Shown: piece after piece, positions 1-4,641 of the stretch | Layout of the letters: each line of letters opens with the position of its first letter | Numbering within the stretch: position 1 is the stretch's first letter | Assembly (NCBI GenBank): GCA_041677685.1 | Contig: JBAYPN010000039.1 | Span: 1 to 5,483, forward strand | Length of the DNA: 5,483 nt | Direction of reading: 5' to 3' | Source: an archaeon | Lineage (GTDB): Archaea > Iainarchaeota > Iainarchaeia > Iainarchaeales > CSSED10-239 | Translations under genes and position numbers: made by a program | The notes under the pieces: model-generated | The model's input: only the letters and a program-made list of their open reading frames with translations | What the model was told of the DNA's origin: nothing | Databases searched by the model: none

Positions 1-64
1 GTAAAAAATAGACTCTAAAAAAGGTAAAAAATAGACTCTAAAAAAGGTAAAAAATAGACTCTAA
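1..64. repeat. Perfect tandem direct repeat with 23-bp unit GTAAAAAATAGACTCTAAAAAAG, about 2.8 copies, truncated by the window edge
   Basis: Positions 1-23 and 24-46 are identical. Positions 47-64 repeat the first 18 nt, then diverge into GGGAATAGAC followed by the ATG at 75. The heptamer AATAGAC occurs at 7-13, 30-36 and 53-59, and a fourth time at 68-74 directly abutting the start codon. Confidence 0.9.
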
Positions 65-74
65 GGGAATAGAC

Positions 75-1094
75 ATGATTGAATATTTACTATTTTATTT
101 TTTTATGTTTCTGTTTGTATTTTTAATTTCTTTATTTCTAATGTTTAAAATAACTCCTAAGCTAATAGATATTATTAAAGCAAATAATTTTGTTGGAAAA
201 GACATGAATAAATTAAACACACCTTTAGTTGCAGAGCTAGGTGGAGTTCCAGTCTTAATAGCTTTTGTTTTATCCTTATTAATTTTTTTATTATTCTATT
301 TTATTTTATTTAGAGGTGTGATGTTATTGAACATCTTAGAGTTTTTAATAATTATTGTTACTTTGTTATTTATTATTTTTTTAGGATTAGTTGATGATAT
401 TCTAGGTTGGAAAAAAGGAATTAGTCAAATTCAGCATTTTCTGTTCCCCTTGTTACTTTCAGTTCCAATAATTGTTTACACAATTTTAGTTGGTTATTCT
501 TCCATATATGTTCCGATTTTTGGAGTGGTTAGTGTAGGTGTAATCTATTCTTGGTTATTTGTACCTATAGCCCTAACAGCAACCACAAACTCTTTTAATC
601 TTTTAGCAGGCTATAATGGTTTAGAGACAGGTCTTGGAATATTTATTTTTTTAACAATTTCTATATTAGCATTTTTTTCAAATAACTTTACATTATTAAT
701 TATCTTAGGTGCTTGGTTAGGTGCTCTTGTAGGCTTTTTAAAATTTAATAAATATCCAGCAAAAATATTTCCAGGAGATGTTATTACCTTAGCAAATGGA
801 GCTTTTGCAGGAATTTGTGCAATCATTCTAAAAATGGAAATCTTAATTGCTTTTTTAATTTTACTTTACATTATAGAGTTTATTATAAAGGCAAGGCACA
901 GGTTTAAAACAGAATGTTTTGGAATAATTCAGAAAAACAAAACTATTCTTCCAAACCCAAAAGGAGGCTCATTAATCCATTTGGTTTTAAGAAGAGGAAA
1001 GTTTACAGAAAAAAGTTTAGTTAATAGATTTTATATTTTCCAAATAATTATTTCAATTTTTACAATACTTTTTTATTTTTTATTTTATTTCTAA
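75..1094 (+). CDS. Glycosyltransferase family 4 (PNPT superfamily) polyprenyl/dolichyl-phosphate N-acetylhexosamine-1-phosphate transferase, AglH/GPT(Alg7)-like
   Basis: The 339-aa ORF is a highly hydrophobic multi-TM protein. It carries the PNPT signature motifs GKDMNK (aa 41-46), LVDDILGWKKG (aa 105-115), NSFNLLAGYNGLETG, and PAKIFPGDV. The D-x-NK and NxxNxxAGxNGLE arrangement is typical of archaeal/eukaryotic GPT-type enzymes rather than MraY. An SD-like AAGGGA sits at 63-68, 6 nt before the ATG. Confidence 0.85.
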   Translation: MIEYLLFYFFMFLFVFLISLFLMFKITPKLIDIIKANNFVGKDMNKLNTPLVAELGGVPVLIAFVLSLLIFLLFYFILFRGVMLLNILEFLIIIVTLLFIIFLGLVDDILGWKKGISQIQHFLFPLLLSVPIIVYTILVGYSSIYVPIFGVVSVGVIYSWLFVPIALTATTNSFNLLAGYNGLETGLGIFIFLTISILAFFSNNFTLLIILGAWLGALVGFLKFNKYPAKIFPGDVITLANGAFAGICAIILKMEILIAFLILLYIIEFIIKARHRFKTECFGIIQKNKTILPNPKGGSLIHLVLRRGKFTEKSLVNRFYIFQIIISIFTILFYFLFYF

Positions 1095-1104
1095 ATTCTA
1101 AAGG

Positions 1105-1965
1105 TTGATGTTTGTTATGAAACTAATTACTTTTAAGCAATTTATTTTTTTATCAAGACCAATTCTTTTTCCATTACTGATTTTATGTTTGTTTGTTGCT
1201 TTATTATTTTCTACATCTTTAACAAATATTGGTGTTACTCATATAATTTACATAATTTTACTTTCTTTTTTATTTCCTTTTTTTATCTTTGCAATTAATG
1301 ATTATTATGATTATGATTCAGATATCAAAAATAAGCGAAAAAATAATATTTTACAAGGTATGGTTTTTAAAAATATTTCTGAATTAAAAAAGGCAATTCT
1401 TTTGTATGACTTAATAATTTTTCTAATACTGTTTTTATATAGTTTACTTTTTAATAACTTAGTTCATACACTCTTACTTTTACTTTTATTTTTTGTATGC
1501 TTCTTTTATTCTGCAAAGCCATTAAGATTTAAAGAAATACCTTTCATTGATTCTATTTCAAATGGAGTAATTGTTTTTTTAGTCTTTGCATTAATGTATA
1601 CATTATTCAATAATTTTTTTACAATCCCCTTCAAAGTAATTGCAATTTCCATAAGTATAATGTCCTATCACTTAATAGCAGCACAACTAGATGTGCGTTC
1701 AGACCTTTCAGCAAAACACAAAACATCTGCAACATTTATTAATAATAGATTTTTAGTATACTTACTTTGTTTATTCTACAACCTGCCTTTACTTTTCATA
1801 AACTTAGGCTCAATTTTTAAATATTTATTTTTTATTAATTTATTTCTAATAATCTATATTTATTTTAATAAAAATTTCAATAAAAAAAGATTACTTATTT
1901 TGTTTTTAATTTCTTGGGCACTATTGACTATAGTTTATATTTTAAAAAGCATTTTGCTTTTCTAA
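1105..1965 (+). CDS. UbiA-family integral-membrane prenyltransferase (subfamily undetermined; DGGGP-synthase-like or polyprenyl-phosphate-modifying)
   Basis: The 286-aa ORF is a polytopic hydrophobic protein. The first Asp-rich motif NDYYDYDSD (NxxxDxxxD, aa 65-73) follows an RP-containing N-terminal segment (LSRPILFP). The second motif is DVRSD...KHKT (DxxxD then K-T). The track start at 1105 is TTG, and ATG codons at 1108 and 1117 are equally plausible starts. The gene lies only 10 nt after the GT4 stop, so it is probably co-transcribed. Confidence 0.8.
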   Translation: MMFVMKLITFKQFIFLSRPILFPLLILCLFVALLFSTSLTNIGVTHIIYIILLSFLFPFFIFAINDYYDYDSDIKNKRKNNILQGMVFKNISELKKAILLYDLIIFLILFLYSLLFNNLVHTLLLLLLFFVCFFYSAKPLRFKEIPFIDSISNGVIVFLVFALMYTLFNNFFTIPFKVIAISISIMSYHLIAAQLDVRSDLSAKHKTSATFINNRFLVYLLCLFYNLPLLFINLGSIFKYLFFINLFLIIYIYFNKNFNKKRLLILFLISWALLTIVYILKSILLF

Positions 1966-3032
1966 AATTCAAAAATTCTTTTCTGCACTTTAATATTTTT
2001 AAGCAAATTAGATTGTTCCTTCCAACATCTACTAGTGTTTTTAATTTTTAAAACATCATCTAAATATTTAAAAAGTTCTTCTTGACTTTCAAACCTTAAA
2101 GGATTATTTTTAAGTGCTAACCTTATAGCTTCTCTAATAACCCACACCCCTCTAGAATAATAGTCAACATCTATATCTCTAAAAACAATACACATCCCTT
2201 GTCTTTTATTTAATTTAAGATACTCTGCAACTTCTAATCTTGCTGCATAATATGCTCCAGTTACATTTTTAGCATACTCTTTTCTCGCAGTCCCCATTTC
2301 ATAATCAACAGTAAAAGAAGAATTTTGATTTTCAATCATCTCAAAGCCCCAAGGGTAAGGCAACAAGAGAACATAGAATTTATTTTTTAAAAACGTAAAA
2401 TTAAATAATTGAAAATCATCAATTGTCTGATTTAGTCTAAGATTATCAATAATATCTTTTCCAACAATATCATCTATAGAGGTTATTGCCCATCTTGTAG
2501 GCACAAACACTCTGTTTCTTTTAACTCCTAATAATCCAATTGACAACAGTTGTTCAATTTTATACACATCTTTAGTTTTAGAATAAAGTTCTAAAATTCC
2601 ATCCTTTGCATGTAAAGAGGTATCATTTGTTACTCGATCAATTGTTTTTGGAACTCTAATATTTTTAGTAATTTTTAAATTATTTAAAGAAAAGGAATTG
2701 TTCTTAACTCCAGTTACTTTATCTACAATCAACTTTTTCTTACTATCCACATCAATTTCAAATTCAGTTGTCTTTACAGATTGAGAAATCCACTGTATAT
2801 TGTCTAGTTCTCCTCTAGGGTTAACAGCTTCTTTTTTATCAAATTCCTTAAAAGCAAATTCTTGTGTTTTTCTTTGGGAGTCAACCTCTTCAATTTTTTT
2901 CTGACCCCAATTTTTAGGATCTGATTTTTTTGCAGAGCTAAAGGTCTTATAAAACCCAGGTCCAATAAGTAGATTAGGGTATTTATTTTCAACAACTAAA
3001 TTAAATGGTCTAGAATACGCTTCTTTTTTCAT
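1962..3032 (-). CDS. nreA: Nre-family (NreA-like, DUF650/DUF651) archaeal DNA-repair protein with C-terminal PIP-like box; N-terminal Cys-rich segment absent
   Basis: The 356-aa ORF contains motifs I recognise from the Nre family: YPNLLIGPG near the N-terminus, VPTRWAITSIDD (TRW-ITxxDD), and GAYYAARLEVAEYL. The extreme C-terminus is QKRIFEF-stop (nt 1965-1985), a Qxx[ILM]xxF PCNA-interacting-peptide-like box. An in-frame TGA (complement of 3039-3041) lies 2 codons upstream of the ATG, so no N-terminal extension is possible. Confidence 0.72.
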   Translation of the reverse strand: MKKEAYSRPFNLVVENKYPNLLIGPGFYKTFSSAKKSDPKNWGQKKIEEVDSQRKTQEFAFKEFDKKEAVNPRGELDNIQWISQSVKTTEFEIDVDSKKKLIVDKVTGVKNNSFSLNNLKITKNIRVPKTIDRVTNDTSLHAKDGILELYSKTKDVYKIEQLLSIGLLGVKRNRVFVPTRWAITSIDDIVGKDIIDNLRLNQTIDDFQLFNFTFLKNKFYVLLLPYPWGFEMIENQNSSFTVDYEMGTARKEYAKNVTGAYYAARLEVAEYLKLNKRQGMCIVFRDIDVDYYSRGVWVIREAIRLALKNNPLRFESQEELFKYLDDVLKIKNTSRCWKEQSNLLKNIKVQKRIFEF

Positions 3033-3165
3033 AAATTTTCATATTTTTAAGATCTCTTAGAAATATTAATCCTTAGATATGTTTATAAATTATTTTAATA
3101 TATAATATATATTGATTAAATAATTATTTTCTCGCCATAGAGAATCTTTAAAAAAAGTAAATTAG

Positions 3166-3173
3166 TTATATAA
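3166..3173 (+). promoter_or_regulatory. Candidate archaeal TATA box (TTATATAA) with an A-rich BRE-like tract upstream, for the NYN-MinD operon
   Basis: TTATATAA is preceded by AAAAAAAGTAAATTAG. A transcription start about 25 nt downstream of the box would fall near 3192-3198. That would leave a short leader containing the AGGTG ribosome-binding site before the ATG at 3214. The placement rests on spacing logic only. Confidence 0.3.
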
Positions 3174-3203
3174 GGCTAATTAAAATAATATATGTATAAA
3201 AGT

Positions 3204-3208
3204 AGGTG
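3204..3208 (+). promoter_or_regulatory. Shine-Dalgarno-like ribosome-binding site (AGGTG) for the NYN gene
   Basis: AGGTG lies 5 nt upstream of the ATG at 3214 and matches the GGAGGTGA-type anti-SD complement used by many archaea and bacteria. Confidence 0.55.
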
Positions 3209-3213
3209 TAAGT

Positions 3214-3714
3214 ATGGGTAGTTTTTTCAGATTTTTTTATAATAAAGATTCTGCTCCAAAACAAAGTAGGAGAAATAATATTTCAATATTTGTTGATGGT
3301 CCTAATATTTTAAGAAAAGAATTTAATATAGATTTGTCATTAATTAGTAATTACTTAAAACAGCAAGGTTCAATTAAAATTGCAAGAGTTTATCTTGATC
3401 AATACGCAACAGACAAACTAATAGAAGCAGTTGTAAATTTAGGGTTTGAAAGTATAATTACTGTTGGGGATGTTGATGTTGCCATGGCTGTAGATGCAAC
3501 CGATACAGTTCATAATAAAGAAATTGACACAATTGTTTTTGTTACTAGAGATTCAGATTATCTACCAGCAATCTTTAAAGCAAAAAGACATGGTAAAAAA
3601 ACAATGGTTTTTCTAGTAGATGAAGGTTCTGCAATTGCTTTAAAAAACACAGTTGATCAAGTTATCTTTATTAATAAGTTAAAGAAAGAGATCTATGAAT
3701 ATTCCAACAAGTAA
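3214..3714 (+). CDS. NYN-domain (LabA/DUF88-like, PIN-like fold) predicted ribonuclease
   Basis: The 166-aa ORF shows the NYN acidic signature in the canonical order: ISIFVDGPNI (aa 23-32), GDVDVAMAVDA (aa 85-95), and IVFVTRDSDYLPAIFKAKRHGKKTMVF (aa 107-133). Its size and architecture match single-domain archaeal NYN proteins. Confidence 0.85.
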   Translation: MGSFFRFFYNKDSAPKQSRRNNISIFVDGPNILRKEFNIDLSLISNYLKQQGSIKIARVYLDQYATDKLIEAVVNLGFESIITVGDVDVAMAVDATDTVHNKEIDTIVFVTRDSDYLPAIFKAKRHGKKTMVFLVDEGSAIALKNTVDQVIFINKLKKEIYEYSNK

Positions 3715-4192
3715 ACCATTAGTAGAAAATGCATTTCTTGAAAATTTAATGTGTGATAAGTTAATTTTAGATTTAGGTTTTAAAAAGTTTTCAGGATATA
3801 GTTATCTAGTAATCAATACAGATTTAGGTTTTCAAGAAGGTATTTTATTATTTTCAAAAGGAGATGTAGTTGGTTCAATTTATTTTAATTCATTTAATGG
3901 AATTGAGGTCTATGGAAAAGATGCATTTGACTTAAGCATAAGTTCTTTTGGTTACACAGATGGGATATTAAACATATATAGATTAACAGATGAACAAATA
4001 AAATTAATTTTAATATTTAATGATAAAATAAAATTTGATTTTAAAATTAATAAAATAAATGTTTCTAAATTGAAATTTAAATATGATGAGTCTTATTTAA
4101 AAAGTTTCTTAAAAGAAGCACAATTTAATAAAATTGATTTAAGAGCAGACATCATAAATAAATTAAATTTAAGTGAATTGTTGAGGGAATAA
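3695..4192 (+). CDS. Hypothetical protein with a PATAN/DUF4388-like sequence pattern (tentative)
   Basis: The 165-aa ORF has its ATG inside the last 20 nt of the NYN gene, which suggests translational coupling. Residues about 17-107 read ...LILDLGFKKFSGYSYLVINTDLGFQEGILLFSKGDVVGSIYFNSFNGIEVYGKDAFDLSISSFGYTDGILNIYRL. This follows the PATAN/DUF4388 pattern: the segment l..L....sG.L.v, then g.i.f..G.iv.A, then G.eAl..l, then G.f.f. It is followed by a Lys-rich stretch with alternating polar and hydrophobic residues, KIKFDFKINKINVSKLKFKYD. That it is coding is well supported; the fold call is pattern recognition only. Confidence 0.7.
   Translation: MNIPTSKPLVENAFLENLMCDKLILDLGFKKFSGYSYLVINTDLGFQEGILLFSKGDVVGSIYFNSFNGIEVYGKDAFDLSISSFGYTDGILNIYRLTDEQIKLILIFNDKIKFDFKINKINVSKLKFKYDESYLKSFLKEAQFNKIDLRADIINKLNLSELLRE
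4183..4187 (+). promoter_or_regulatory. Shine-Dalgarno-like site (GAGGG) for the Roadblock-like gene, embedded in the 3' end of the preceding CDS
   Basis: GAGGG lies 7 nt upstream of the ATG at 4195. The upstream gene's TAA stop (4190-4192) sits between the two, which is typical coupled-operon architecture. Confidence 0.55.
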
Positions 4193-4194
4193 TT

Positions 4195-4635
4195 ATGTTT
4201 AGAGGTTTAACAAAACTATTAACTAAAATATCAAGTAGAGTATTAAATATTGAAGATGAAGTAAAAGTAATTGGTTTAGATAATTTACTTGAATATAAAA
4301 AAATTAATTTAAGTTCTAGAGATTTAGATGACTTTCTACAAAAGTTAAGATTAAAGCATATAGTTAATCACATAATAGTAACAGATTTAGATGGAATTGT
4401 TATAGGGAGCACAGAAAAGGACCTAAAGGAAGGTTTTAAAAGTGCAGCTATGTATAATTATATTAATAGTGAAATGAAAGACTTGTCTATAATATTAATA
4501 GAATCTAAAGGATGGCAAATAATATTTAAAAACAATAATAAAGTATATTTTATTAAAGCAAATGATAATCTTTCAAAAATTGAAGTTCAAGCTTTAGTAG
4601 ATGATTTAGAAAATTATATAAAGTTTATAAAATGA
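4195..4635 (+). CDS. Roadblock/LC7 (MglB)-like small regulatory protein with an N-terminal cationic amphipathic helix (tentative fold call)
   Basis: In this 146-aa ORF, residues about 42-143 read DLDDFLQKLRLKHIVNHIIVTDLDGIVIGSTEKDLKEGFKSAAMYNYINSEMKDLSIILIESKGWQIIFKNNNKVYFIKAN...VQALVDDLENYI. This follows the Robl/LC7 alpha-beta-beta-alpha-beta-beta-beta-alpha pattern, including the hallmark segment v..iiv.d.DG..ia. The N-terminus MFRGLTKLLTKISSRVL has basic residues at positions 3, 7, 11 and 15 and hydrophobic residues at 2, 5, 8, 9, 12, 16 and 17. Confidence 0.7.
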   Translation: MFRGLTKLLTKISSRVLNIEDEVKVIGLDNLLEYKKINLSSRDLDDFLQKLRLKHIVNHIIVTDLDGIVIGSTEKDLKEGFKSAAMYNYINSEMKDLSIILIESKGWQIIFKNNNKVYFIKANDNLSKIEVQALVDDLENYIKFIK

Positions 4636-4641
4636 TTTAGT

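Larger units (their letters stand above)
3033..3213. promoter_or_regulatory. Divergent intergenic promoter region between the nre-like gene (-) and the NYN-MinD operon (+)
   Basis: This is the only substantial non-coding stretch in the window (181 bp). It is flanked by divergently oriented start codons at 3032 (-) and 3214 (+). It is extremely AT-rich and holds several TATA-like octamers, including TTTATAAA at 3082-3089 (self-complementary, usable on either strand) and TTATATAA at 3166-3173. Confidence 0.6.

Noticed and set aside
1-64. Possible CRISPR array at the window start
   Set aside because: The 23-bp units are directly contiguous with no spacers, so this is a tandem repeat and not a repeat-spacer array. 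The unit is also AT-rich with no palindromic core.
611-826. 71-aa ORF on the - strand inside the glycosyltransferase gene
   Set aside because: It is fully nested antisense to a strongly supported 339-aa CDS that carries clear GT4 motifs across exactly this region (NLLAGYNGLETG, PAKIFPGDV). It has no start context or recognisable motif. It is a typical shadow ORF in AT-rich DNA.
2804-2995. 63-aa ORF on the - strand, in a different frame of the nre-like gene
   Set aside because: It is an out-of-frame overlap with the longer, homology-supported ORF on the same strand. It has a Lys/Leu-rich low-complexity composition and no independent signals.
3098-3113. ATATATAATATATAT-type symmetric tract
   Set aside because: It is a mirror repeat rather than a true palindrome, and a simple AT dinucleotide low-complexity run. 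It is most simply part of the TATA-rich promoter background.
3129-3144. Inverted repeat TTCTC-GCCATA-GAGAA in the only GC-containing island of the divergent promoter region, as a possible operator
   Set aside because: The arms are only 5 bp and cannot be extended, because the next pair mismatches. This is easily expected by chance in 181 bp. It is noted as a place to look if a regulator is ever identified.
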